From an uncultured Sulfurospirillum sp. (GTDB lineage: Bacteria; Campylobacterota; Campylobacteria; Campylobacterales; QNZT01), in the NCBI GenBank assembly GCA_964651755.1, contig CAZYZD010000002.1, forward strand, positions 1 to 60,176: DNA of 60,176 nt, given 5' to 3'. A program made the translations under genes and the position numbers. Under the pieces are notes generated by a model. That model saw nothing but the letters and a program-made list of their open reading frames with translations. It made no database searches and was not told the DNA's origin. Each line of letters begins with the position of its first letter. Position 1 is the first letter of the stretch. Below are positions 9,048 through 18,429 of the stretch, piece by piece.

Positions 9048-10160
9048 ATGAAAATTGTTATTATGTTACTTTTTTTATATCCTGTGTGTTACGCAGATTC
9101 AATTCAAAAGATATGGCAAATTTCTTCGGAAAATGATATTGTAAGTGTGGAAGATATGCCTGTAAAAACTTCAGGCTCTTTCAATGACAATGATGTACGT
9201 TTGGATAGTGCCAATGAAGATATTGCTGAAAGTGAAGAGGTACAGTTTCAAAATGGCAATATTGAAGATCTTCCACTTGCAAAGACTTTTCCGCTGAAAG
9301 AAAGAGTTATTTCTCCTCGCAAAAATTCTCTACCTGAACAAAAAGAGTTTGCTAAAAAAGAGACTATGCAGGAACGTGTTTCACAGATACAACATGCGAT
9401 AGAAAAAGAGATACAAACGAAACAAGAGGAACCAAAAGTAAAGTCAAAAAGGTTGGTTCAAGAATCGAAAGATGATTTTTTAGAAACAAAGCGTATATCT
9501 GAGAAAAATTCGCTTCAACACGAAGATGTTAAAGTTGATCATAAAAAATCAGGAGATATGGAATATAAAAGTATCTATCTGAAACTATCCAAGTATTTCC
9601 CAAATGTACATACCAGAGAACTTTATCTTGCCAGTGGATTTTTGTTTCTTTTGGTTATGCTGTTTATGATGATTAGACGGAAGAAGAGATACAAGAAACT
9701 TCAGGAAGAGGAACCACTTTTCTTTGAACAGGAGTGGAGTAAAAAATTTGATCGATATTCCACATTAAAAGGGGAAGTGCATCAACAGTTTCTTATACGA
9801 AAGCAAAATATCCTATTTAATAGTGATTTTACACAGTATCAAAAAGCTAAAGCTTTACTTGAACTTGAAAAAGAGTATACAGATCTTGAATATATATATT
9901 TGCCTAAATTGTTTGGAAATGATTTTAATGCATTTATTGAAGCAGAAAAAGTTCTCTCCTCAAAACCTGAACTTCGACAGATGATCCAGGAGTTTATTGA
10001 AGAGACACTGACAGAACGTTCTTTCACAAAAGTACAGAGGGATCATATCTTACGTAATGTTAAACAGGGGTATAGAACAAGTCACTATAACTGGCAATTT
10101 GATGAAATAGCAATGCAGACCAGCAAGAGTGAAGAGCAGGGTGCCTACTTTTTACAGTAG
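9048..10160 (+). CDS. hypothetical single-pass membrane protein (signal peptide, acidic/Lys-rich ectodomain, TM, cytoplasmic tail)
   Basis: 370 aa. N-terminal MKIVIMLLFLYPVCYA and a TM helix LYLASGFLFLLVMLFMMI followed by RRKKRYKK. I recognise no domain. Confidence 0.6.
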   Translation: MKIVIMLLFLYPVCYADSIQKIWQISSENDIVSVEDMPVKTSGSFNDNDVRLDSANEDIAESEEVQFQNGNIEDLPLAKTFPLKERVISPRKNSLPEQKEFAKKETMQERVSQIQHAIEKEIQTKQEEPKVKSKRLVQESKDDFLETKRISEKNSLQHEDVKVDHKKSGDMEYKSIYLKLSKYFPNVHTRELYLASGFLFLLVMLFMMIRRKKRYKKLQEEEPLFFEQEWSKKFDRYSTLKGEVHQQFLIRKQNILFNSDFTQYQKAKALLELEKEYTDLEYIYLPKLFGNDFNAFIEAEKVLSSKPELRQMIQEFIEETLTERSFTKVQRDHILRNVKQGYRTSHYNWQFDEIAMQTSKSEEQGAYFLQ

Positions 10161-10169
10161 CATTTACTA

Positions 10170-11045
10170 TTATAAAATGCCATATGCATTGAGATCAAAA
10201 AGAAGTATGCTGGGATCTCTGTTTTTATGTAGCTCATTGCTAAAACCGCTTTTTGAAAAAAGTGCAAAATAGGATACATTAAGTTTTGCAACTTCACATT
10301 TCTTTTGTAATTTATTCAGAATATTTTTGCTGATACGCTGGTTTTTCCATTTGCATTCTCCTGCAATCAGCGTACCTTTATTTGTCTTTGCCAGAAGGTC
10401 AAGTTCAACATTTTTGTCCCAGTAACTGCCAGCTTCGATGATTAATTCTCTCTTAAATGTTCTTTGAATAAGAAGGTTGGAAAGATTTTCAAAAGTAAAG
10501 CTGATATATTTGTCAAGGTTTTGGGTGATCTGTATGGTGACATTATGCAGATTTCCTTTGGCTATCTCTTTTTCATGTGGTACAATAAATGTAAACCAGA
10601 AACGTGTGAAGTTATTTGTAAAAAGTATTTTGTCTTCTATTTGGTAACGTCTAAGTTCTTTTTTCAAAAAACGTCCCGGTAGTTTGGGAAGAGGTTTTTC
10701 TCTTGAATACTCTTTGGTGATAATTTCCCTGTCATAAAGTAATTTATAAAGCTCTTTACCTCTTGGTTGACTGATATCATTTTTATAGATTGAGTGACTT
10801 TTTCTGTCTCCGACAGCAATACGAAAGAGGAGTGTATTAAGGTCATTCTGAAGTGTTTTATCTGTGCTGTACTGAAATAAACTTTTAAGTTCTTCGTAGC
10901 GATCTAATATATTGTGTTGAATATTTTCCTGAAGATTTTCATATCGATGTAAAGAAGCAATATCGTCAAATCCACCAAAAACAGCGAAATACCCGATTCT
11001 CTCCCCTATATCCAGATAAGAAAAACTTTGATTAAATATGTGCAC
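10170..11045 (-). CDS. DUF234-domain protein lacking the usual N-terminal AAA ATPase module
   Basis: 291 aa. FTRFWFTFIVP and ELDLLA...GECKW (PD-(D/E)xK-like) are typical of the DUF234 C-terminal part of Arch-ATPase family proteins. No Walker A seen. Confidence 0.6.
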   Translation of the reverse strand: MHIFNQSFSYLDIGERIGYFAVFGGFDDIASLHRYENLQENIQHNILDRYEELKSLFQYSTDKTLQNDLNTLLFRIAVGDRKSHSIYKNDISQPRGKELYKLLYDREIITKEYSREKPLPKLPGRFLKKELRRYQIEDKILFTNNFTRFWFTFIVPHEKEIAKGNLHNVTIQITQNLDKYISFTFENLSNLLIQRTFKRELIIEAGSYWDKNVELDLLAKTNKGTLIAGECKWKNQRISKNILNKLQKKCEVAKLNVSYFALFSKSGFSNELHKNRDPSILLFDLNAYGIL

Positions 11046-11188
11046 ATCAACCTTTTTAATTTTTTAATAAATAAATTATAACATATTTTCAAATAGTTTT
11101 CAGTAAATATATATAATATGAAGATATATAAAAAAAACAAATAATAAAACAATTGAGAGCAAGTTTGGCAGAACTCTTTTTATACATA

Positions 11189-11215
11189 GTGCATCGATTG
11201 TTAGTATCGATGCAC
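11189..11215 (-). terminator. perfect 10-bp hairpin downstream of the cytochrome gene (terminator or binding site)
   Basis: GTGCATCGAT-tgttagt-ATCGATGCAC, 32 nt after the stop at 11247. No clean U-tract on the minus strand. Confidence 0.35.
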
Positions 11216-11246
11216 ATAAGTGGAGATATTTTTAATTTAACGAAGA

Positions 11247-12389
11247 TTAAAAGGTGAAATTTTTACGTTTAAAAAGAATAAATTTTGTGTATTTCTGATC
11301 ATGAATACCCAGTTTTTCAGCCATTTTTGGATTAACAATATGATATCCAAACTCTATAAATACCTGATCTCCTTTTTGCAGAGGTGTATTGTAACTGATT
11401 TTACGAGCTTCATAGGCTTTGATACTAGTATCTTTGATAACAGTGTCTGCAAGCCATGGAGAAGAAGGTTTACCGTTTGTTCCAATGATTCTGGCAAATT
11501 GTTTCTCTTCCAGAGGAATCATTTTGTCACCTCTTTTGATTACTGTTTTTAAAACAGCTATTCTTAGCGGATGAGGGAAGAGTGTATGATTCGCTTTGTT
11601 TTGCAATGTTATCTCAAATCCTTTTTCATTTTTCTCCAGGGAAATATGTATATATTTTTCCAGCATTGCGGGGGAAGCTGTAACGATATTTGAACCATGG
11701 TAAGCATGGGTTTTGCTCTCTTTTTGACTAGCAAAAGATCCCTTTACCTGAGGCATATGACAGGTGATACAATTTTCTTGTGTCTCTTTTTGAGCCTTTA
11801 CTTCCATGTCACAGACTGCAAAACCTTTTGCATTCTCTTTACGTTCATGACAACCCATACATGCATTGCCGTTATAGTAGTTTTCATTGGAATAGTCTAT
11901 ATCATGATAGGGAGAACCCACTGTTTTTCGGAAAAGACCCAGAAAGCTTTTCTCTTCATGAAAGACCAGTTTCTCTCCTTTTTTATCTTTATCTGCTGAA
12001 AAAAATGTTTTTGATTTTTTGGTATAGACATTTGTATTACTGCGTGCATGTTTTTCAACACTTTCAATGGTATGACAGGTTTGACATGAGATAGGTTCCT
12101 GTAACTGTTTAGGTGTCTCTTGCGGGATACCTTTGGTTTGTAGTAATGCTTTGTCTGAAGGGCTATGGCATTTCGCACATTGATAGTTGCCTTTTTGTTT
12201 TGCAGGATGTTTATCCCACACTGCCTTGTGGACTTTGTCATTATATATTGATGCTTTTCGGTGCATAGAGTTTTGATACTCGTTGAATATTTTGGGATGA
12301 CAACGTTTACAAGTTGTATTGTCAAGTGCCGCATGAAGGGTTAGTGTCAGGGTGCATAAACCGAGTGTTTTGAAAAGAAAATATTTCAA
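11247..12389 (-). CDS. periplasmic pentaheme c-type cytochrome with non-heme C-terminal domain
   Basis: 380 aa. Signal peptide and five CxxCH motifs (CKRCH, CAKCH, CQTCH, CMGCH, CITCH). The last ~150 aa have no heme motif. Confidence 0.85.
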   Translation of the reverse strand: MKYFLFKTLGLCTLTLTLHAALDNTTCKRCHPKIFNEYQNSMHRKASIYNDKVHKAVWDKHPAKQKGNYQCAKCHSPSDKALLQTKGIPQETPKQLQEPISCQTCHTIESVEKHARSNTNVYTKKSKTFFSADKDKKGEKLVFHEEKSFLGLFRKTVGSPYHDIDYSNENYYNGNACMGCHERKENAKGFAVCDMEVKAQKETQENCITCHMPQVKGSFASQKESKTHAYHGSNIVTASPAMLEKYIHISLEKNEKGFEITLQNKANHTLFPHPLRIAVLKTVIKRGDKMIPLEEKQFARIIGTNGKPSSPWLADTVIKDTSIKAYEARKISYNTPLQKGDQVFIEFGYHIVNPKMAEKLGIHDQKYTKFILFKRKNFTF

Positions 12390-12444
12390 TGTTCATTCCT
12401 AATGTAAATTTTTCAAGGAGTGTAGCGAAATAAGACAATATTTG

Positions 12445-12462
12445 TATTGATTATGATCAATA
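12445..12462. promoter_or_regulatory. Fur/PerR-like dyad TATTGAT-tatg-ATCAATA between the cytochrome gene and ybeY
   Basis: Perfect 7-bp inverted repeat with a TGAT/ATCA core, 56 nt upstream of the cytochrome start codon. Confidence 0.35.
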
Positions 12463-12525
12463 TTAGTAAAGATTAAAGAGTACTGTATGAAGTTTTGCTC
12501 TCTCAGTAAATCTTCTTACTCTTTT

Positions 12526-12534
12526 TGCTAGAAT
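12526..12534 (+). promoter_or_regulatory. extended -10 promoter (TGCTAGAAT) for ybeY
   Basis: TGnTAGAAT 23 nt upstream of the ybeY ATG. Confidence 0.45.
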
Positions 12535-12556
12535 ATTTTCTTTTTAAAGGGGTGGG

Positions 12557-12973
12557 ATGATTTTTGTTGATGATCAGCTAAATAGAGGATATAACATTGC
12601 TAAACTGGAGCTTATAAAAAGCAGTTTGACGGATCGGGATGTTGAATTGGTTTTGGTAGATAATGTAACTATTCAGGAATTGAACAAAGAGTACCGAGAT
12701 ATTGATAAACCTACTGATGTGTTGAGTTTTCCTCTGGAAGATGTACCGCATATGCCGTTAGGGACGATAGTGATTAGTGTGGATAAAGTGAAAGAGAAAG
12801 CCCTGGAGCTGGGACATAGTGAAGAGGATGAATTTACCCTTTTGTTTATACACGGTTTGCTGCATCTGCTGGGTTATGATCATGAAGTAGATGACGGAGA
12901 GATGAGATTAAAAGAAAAAGAGATTATCAAAACATTCAATTTACCAGATAGTTTAATTTTAAGGAATGAATAG
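12557..12973 (+). CDS. ybeY: rRNA maturation endoribonuclease YbeY
   Basis: 138 aa. Zinc motif [11 protein letters not shown]. Confidence 0.93.
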   Translation: MIFVDDQLNRGYNIAKLELIKSSLTDRDVELVLVDNVTIQELNKEYRDIDKPTDVLSFPLEDVPHMPLGTIVISVDKVKEKALELGHSEEDEFTLLFIHGLLHLLGYDHEVDDGEMRLKEKEIIKTFNLPDSLILRNE

Positions 12974-13911
12974 TGGAATATATTATATTTATTGTCTCAA
13001 TGGCTGCATTGATTTACGGTGCGGATTTTGTGATAGAAGAGTCTGAAAAAATTGCACTGCATTATAAGATTTCAAGTTTTGTAATCGGGGCAACAGTTGT
13101 GGCTCTGGGAACAAGTTTACCGGAGATGGCAGCATCGATTGTTGCAAGTAGCCATCATAAAAGTGACCTGGCTGTTTCCAATGTAATAGGTAGTAATATT
13201 TTCAATATTGCTCTGGTGCTGGGAGTGGTTTTTCTTATTGCCGGGAGAATGATACCAAAGCGTGATATGTTTGCAGATGACAGTGCCTGGGCGCTGTTTC
13301 CTATCATGGTATTTTTGGTAGTAGGATATGATGGAACCATTTCTCGCTTTGAAGGTGTGGTTTACATCGCTATGATGGGTGCTTATTTGATGTTTCTTTT
13401 TAATAATGCATCTTTTGTGCTTGCAGAAGAGGTGGATGAATCTCTGGCAAAAGAGCCTTTTGGCTGGAAACGTACGAGCGTAATGTTGCTGATAGGATTT
13501 GTTTTGGTTGTGGGAGGTGCAAATTTTGCCGTAGAGAGTGCTTCTGCTATTGCCCGTGATTTTGGTGTCAGCGAATGGATTATCGGTCTTTTGCTGGTTG
13601 CAATGGGTACAAGTCTGCCTGAACTGGTAGTAAGTATTCAGGCAGCAAAAAAGAAGAATGCAGATATGATCATAGGAAATATTATTGGCAGTAATGTTGC
13701 AAATTTTACGATGGTAATTGGTATGGCTGCTGTGGTAAATCCCCTGAAAGTCAGTTTCAGCGATAACGCTTTTGATATTATGACTGCACTTATTTTGACA
13801 GTAATGCTGGTTTTTGTTACGGCGAACAAACTCTATAACCGATCAACCGGTATTGTTTTTATATTGATGATGCTGCTTGTTTTGGAAAACAGTTTTGTTG
13901 CATTTAAGTAA
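12973..13911 (+). CDS. Ca2+/Na+ antiporter (CaCA/YrbG family)
   Basis: 312 aa. Two alpha-repeats, GTSLPEMAASI and GTSLPELVVSI. GTG start overlaps the ybeY stop. Confidence 0.88.
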   Translation: MEYIIFIVSMAALIYGADFVIEESEKIALHYKISSFVIGATVVALGTSLPEMAASIVASSHHKSDLAVSNVIGSNIFNIALVLGVVFLIAGRMIPKRDMFADDSAWALFPIMVFLVVGYDGTISRFEGVVYIAMMGAYLMFLFNNASFVLAEEVDESLAKEPFGWKRTSVMLLIGFVLVVGGANFAVESASAIARDFGVSEWIIGLLLVAMGTSLPELVVSIQAAKKKNADMIIGNIIGSNVANFTMVIGMAAVVNPLKVSFSDNAFDIMTALILTVMLVFVTANKLYNRSTGIVFILMMLLVLENSFVAFK

Positions 13912-16558
13912 GCCGGATATACGTACCCTGTTTCTTGGGTTTTCTATTTTTGCATCTTCGGTATGGGGTGCACATGTAAAACCCAATGATTCTTATCTTC
14001 ATACAAAGAGCGATAATATCGATCTAATCATTGCTTCGGAGTACCAAAAAGAGAGTTCTGACATACTTAGTTTTGAAGAGGGACTGCTGCAAACTTATAG
14101 TAAACTTTACGGATATAAACTGGATGATACACTTTATCTTGGGTTGGCTTCATCCAAAAATCAGATAGCCAATGCGTTTTCAACACAAATACCGCTGAAT
14201 ATGCAGATGAATTATATCGGAGGCAGTTTACTTCCGGACTATTTTTCTACAACTTCATGGCTGAAAACGATTTTGATTCATGAAAGTGCGCATAATTTTC
14301 AACTCAATGCCAAACACAATCCTCTGTCAAAAACGGCACATAAAATTTTTAAAAATACACCTGTAACCTGGCTCTATATCGCGCCGCTGTTTCCCGTTCC
14401 AAACCTTATGGAATCCTCTTTTATGCTGGAGGGAAATGCGGTTTTGAACGAATCACTTTTTGACAATGGTGGCAGACTGTACAGCGGTGCTTTTTGGGCA
14501 ATGACACTGACTCAGGCAAAGGCGGGTCTGATTACTCCGCAACGCCTCTATAATGATCATCTTTTTTTCCCTTATGGAACGCATCATTATATTGTGGGAG
14601 GTTTTTTCCAACTTTTTTTAGCGCAGAGATATGGTATAGAAAAGGTAAATCGTTATTTTCTGGCATATTCTGACCAATGGCTTCCTTTTTTTACCAATGC
14701 TGTTTGCAGAAACCATTTTGGTAAAAATTTTGAAACACTGGTTTTTGAATACAAAGAGTGGTTGGGGAAGAAGATGTCAGAATTTCATGAAACTGAAGGC
14801 AAACAGGTAGCTTTTTCCAAATCTTTTACAGCCTTAAACAGTAATAAAAAAGAGATCTTTTTTCTGACGACAGATAACTACAGTGCTCCTGAAATGGTAA
14901 AAATTGATAAAAATAGTACTAAAACAGAAAAAAAAAGAGGAAATTATCTTTTTGGAAAAGCATTCAAGCTAGAGGATAAATACTATACACTGGCATCGGC
15001 ATCTGTAGAAAATGACAAAATTACCATTGCTCTTTTTGATGAAAAAGGAAATCCTCTAAAAGGTTCCCAATCTCAGGCTTTACAGACAATTTTGCCCAAT
15101 GGAGAGAAACTTTACTTTGATGTAGCCCGCTCTTATGATGGGTTACATCTCTATCGTGATAAAAAATTTCTGGGTGTTGTGAACTCTTCGGTAATATCCG
15201 ATGAAGCAGGAAATTATTACTATTTCAGACAGCAAGGTAACAAACGCATTCTTTGTAAAAATAGAGAGTCTCTTTTTACATTTGATGGATATTATGGAAA
15301 AATAGCAGATGTAAACAGCAATGGCAAGATCTATTTTATTGCAAATTCCAAAGCAGGGTCATCGTTATACAGTTGGTATAATGGTGTGCTGGCAAAAGAA
15401 GTGGAGGGAGATGACGTAATCGATGCGAAATTGCTGGATGATCATACCGCATTACTGGCTGTGATGAGGGCAGATGGTATAGCATTTATCAAGACAGAGT
15501 TAAAACCTTATGAAACAAAGGTATATGAACGGCACTACTTTTTTGAAAACAATTATGTAATTGCAAAAAAGCTTGAAACTAAACAGCCAAAATTGACAAC
15601 ATATAATGCCTGGAACAATCTTCATTACAGTGCGCTGACACAAAATGTTGAGGTAACAGAGGATGATGGGATTAACTTCAATATCTCCGCTACATTCAGT
15701 GATCCCCTGGAACGTAATCATCTGCGTATTTTTACATCACGTTATGATGAAGAGAGTATTGCAGGTATTGGTTATGATAACAGTAGTTATCTTCTTAATT
15801 TTGGTGCAGATATATATGGGGTACTTTCTCATGATGAAAATATCAGTGACCGTGGGTTTGGCATTAACGCCTATATGCACTATCCCTGGTACCATCAGAC
15901 ATATACCAGAGGTGATATTCGTCTGAGTATGCATATGGACTCTGACAAAGATGCAAAATCTCCGCTTAATTTAGATATAAATTGGCGTAAAAGCCTGCAG
16001 TTTGGGAATAGTTTTTATCCGGATTTTTATAGTAAAATAGGTCTGTTTACTGTTTATGATCGATCAGATATTGCATATGGTGCACGATTTAGCTATATGA
16101 AAGATCTTTTACATGAACTTTATGCAGGTGCAGATATACACTACGCAAAAAGCAATACAAAGCGTTTTGCCCATAATGAACGCGGTATTTTGATTGATGA
16201 TACTGCATTTTCCGGTATGACAGATTCATCACGTTTTGTTATGCCTTCTCTCAGCCGTGAAATATATGCAAAAGAGGCATTTAAAGCTGAAGTTTCTCTT
16301 GCCAAAGTATTGGAATTTAGCAAATACTATTTTTCTTTTCCACTCTCTTTGCGCAGAGAAGTGTTGTATGGAAAGTATCGTTATTTTAATTTAAAAGGAA
16401 ATGAAAAAGAATATGATTTTTCTGAATATACAGTAGGGCTGACATTGGAACTTCTTGTATTGCATAAACTTCCGTTACCTATCAGTTTTGAGTGGTTGAA
16501 AAATGATGATCTTAAAGATGCTAATAATTTCCGTATGATAGTTGATTTGCAGTTTTAA
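13877..16558 (+). CDS. large secreted/outer-membrane protein: peptidase-MA-like HExxH region plus C-terminal beta-barrel-like region
   Basis: 893 aa. Signal-like LFLGFSIFASSVWGA. HESAH at aa 135-139 (nt 14279-14293) and LEGNAV 46 aa downstream. C-terminus ends ...MIVDLQF. The start is uncertain: TTG at 13877 or the two in-frame TTG codons just downstream. Confidence 0.6.
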   Translation: MFWKTVLLHLSKPDIRTLFLGFSIFASSVWGAHVKPNDSYLHTKSDNIDLIIASEYQKESSDILSFEEGLLQTYSKLYGYKLDDTLYLGLASSKNQIANAFSTQIPLNMQMNYIGGSLLPDYFSTTSWLKTILIHESAHNFQLNAKHNPLSKTAHKIFKNTPVTWLYIAPLFPVPNLMESSFMLEGNAVLNESLFDNGGRLYSGAFWAMTLTQAKAGLITPQRLYNDHLFFPYGTHHYIVGGFFQLFLAQRYGIEKVNRYFLAYSDQWLPFFTNAVCRNHFGKNFETLVFEYKEWLGKKMSEFHETEGKQVAFSKSFTALNSNKKEIFFLTTDNYSAPEMVKIDKNSTKTEKKRGNYLFGKAFKLEDKYYTLASASVENDKITIALFDEKGNPLKGSQSQALQTILPNGEKLYFDVARSYDGLHLYRDKKFLGVVNSSVISDEAGNYYYFRQQGNKRILCKNRESLFTFDGYYGKIADVNSNGKIYFIANSKAGSSLYSWYNGVLAKEVEGDDVIDAKLLDDHTALLAVMRADGIAFIKTELKPYETKVYERHYFFENNYVIAKKLETKQPKLTTYNAWNNLHYSALTQNVEVTEDDGINFNISATFSDPLERNHLRIFTSRYDEESIAGIGYDNSSYLLNFGADIYGVLSHDENISDRGFGINAYMHYPWYHQTYTRGDIRLSMHMDSDKDAKSPLNLDINWRKSLQFGNSFYPDFYSKIGLFTVYDRSDIAYGARFSYMKDLLHELYAGADIHYAKSNTKRFAHNERGILIDDTAFSGMTDSSRFVMPSLSREIYAKEAFKAEVSLAKVLEFSKYYFSFPLSLRREVLYGKYRYFNLKGNEKEYDFSEYTVGLTLELLVLHKLPLPISFEWLKNDDLKDANNFRMIVDLQF

Positions 16559-18429
16559 TCCAGTTTTGGAATTTTTTTATCTTCTTGTGTATTATTTTGC
16601 TCTAGTGGAGTAAAAAGTTCCGGATGGGTAATATTCTCTTTTCCTATATATCCCAGTTCTATAAGTTTGTTATATACCAATGAGACCATCTCACCCGCCG
16701 CAGAACCACCATGCCCACCATGCTCTATGATAGCGGTAATGATATACTGAGGATTTTCATACGGGGCAAAAGTAGTAAACCATGCGTGCGATTTCTGATA
16801 ATATTTCAGTTCATCTTCACTCATACGCTCTTTCTCTTCCTGTGGTATGCCGATAACCTGAGAAGTTCCGGTTTTACCTGCCATAGTCACAGCAGCTATA
16901 TTATGTTTAAATGCAGTCCCTCTTGGGTGGTTACATACTTCATACATTGCCTGCCGGATCATTGGAAGTGCATTCTTTTCACTTTCTGTAAATACTGATG
17001 TTGCATGAAATGTGATGTTGATTTCATCTATTGTTTTCAGAAAATGGGGTAGGGGAACCTCTCCTGTTGCAACAGTTGCCGTATAGGTTGCTATTTGAAT
17101 TGGAGTAACAAGAAAATTCCCTTGTCCGATTACGGTATTTAATGTTTCCCCTCTGTACCATGCCTCTCCAAATTTTTGTACTTTCCAATTTCTATCCGGG
17201 ACGGTACCTATAAATTCTCCAGGAAGATCGATACCTGTTTTTTTTCCAAATCCATATCGCTTTAAATCAGTTGATATTTTATCGATTCCAACACGAAGTC
17301 CACCTTTGTAAAAATAGACATCACAACTTTCGCGAATTGCTTTTATCATATCTGTTGCACCGTGTCCCCATTGGTTCCAACAGCGAAATTTACGTCTTCC
17401 AAGTTCCATTTCTCCACTGCAGAGGAACTCTTCAGTGGGACTTATGAGACCGGAGTTTAAAAAGCTGAGTGCTACTGCAGGTTTTGTGGATGAGCCCGGA
17501 GGATAAAGACCTCTGGTAAATTTGTTAGTAAAAGGATGGTCAAGATCTGTAATCATTTTTTGCCACTCTTTTTGGCTGATTCCCTGAACAAAGTGATTGA
17601 TATCATAGGTGGGATAGCTTCCTGCAGCCAAGATCTCACCATTTTTTGCATTCATAACAATCAATGCACCGCTCTGATTTCCGAAAATAGTTGCAATAAA
17701 CTGTTGTAGTTTAATGTCTATAGTAAGTTTGATATTATGATTTTGGGGATCCTTTTCAAGGAGTGTTTCTACTGGCTTATTGGATGCAGTAACTTTTAGA
17801 ATCTTTTTCCCCAACTCGCCTTCCAATACTTTGTTGTAATATTTTTCAATACCACTCTTCCCTACAATAGAAACGCGTTTGGCAACTTCGTCACCTTCTA
17901 TATCTTTTTTGTTTGGTCTTGAAACATAGCCTATGATGTGAGATGCAAGCTCTCCGTAGGGATAAAAACGTTTAGAAGCAGGTTTGATAACAATTTTTTC
18001 ATTTTTGGCAAGTTTGACAAAAGAACTGATTACTTTATCATATGGGATAAAAGGGATAATCGTAATTGGATCATGATTATAAGGGCTGTCATTTTTTAGA
18101 TATTTGGATTTTAATTTTTCCAGTTTGTATTCCGGGAAAAATGTGGTGATTTGTGAAAGCGCTTTGTGTAGTGTCTCTTGTTGCCCTTTTTTGCCTAAGT
18201 GCGCTTTTAGCGCGATACTAAAACCAAGTTTACTAATTGCAAGCAAAGCATTGTTGCGATCACGTATCTCCCCTCTTGTAGGTAAAAGATATTCGGTATT
18301 GATCATATTTTGCATAGCAAGTTCTTCATAGTATTTATTAGACTTTATACTTATATAGTAAAGTCTTGACAGAAGTACTATCCAGAAAAGAACAAATAAA
18401 AAGAAAATTATCTTGATACGTTCTTTCAT
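16555..18429 (-). CDS. mrdA: penicillin-binding protein 2 (elongation transpeptidase)
   Basis: 624 aa. N-terminal TM helix plus the SxxK (GSSTK), SxD (SCD) and KTGT motifs. Confidence 0.92.
   Translation of the reverse strand: MKERIKIIFFLFVLFWIVLLSRLYYISIKSNKYYEELAMQNMINTEYLLPTRGEIRDRNNALLAISKLGFSIALKAHLGKKGQQETLHKALSQITTFFPEYKLEKLKSKYLKNDSPYNHDPITIIPFIPYDKVISSFVKLAKNEKIVIKPASKRFYPYGELASHIIGYVSRPNKKDIEGDEVAKRVSIVGKSGIEKYYNKVLEGELGKKILKVTASNKPVETLLEKDPQNHNIKLTIDIKLQQFIATIFGNQSGALIVMNAKNGEILAAGSYPTYDINHFVQGISQKEWQKMITDLDHPFTNKFTRGLYPPGSSTKPAVALSFLNSGLISPTEEFLCSGEMELGRRKFRCWNQWGHGATDMIKAIRESCDVYFYKGGLRVGIDKISTDLKRYGFGKKTGIDLPGEFIGTVPDRNWKVQKFGEAWYRGETLNTVIGQGNFLVTPIQIATYTATVATGEVPLPHFLKTIDEINITFHATSVFTESEKNALPMIRQAMYEVCNHPRGTAFKHNIAAVTMAGKTGTSQVIGIPQEEKERMSEDELKYYQKSHAWFTTFAPYENPQYIITAIIEHGGHGGSAAGEMVSLVYNKLIELGYIGKENITHPELFTPLEQNNTQEDKKIPKLD

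Noticed and set aside
14928-14936. A9/T9 homopolymer tracts in coding regions (14928-14936; 23388-23396) as phase-variation switches
   Set aside because: There are no poly-G/C tracts of 8 or more anywhere in the window. A/T9 runs are common in AT-rich genomes and encode Lys runs. There is no evidence of frameshifted variants here.
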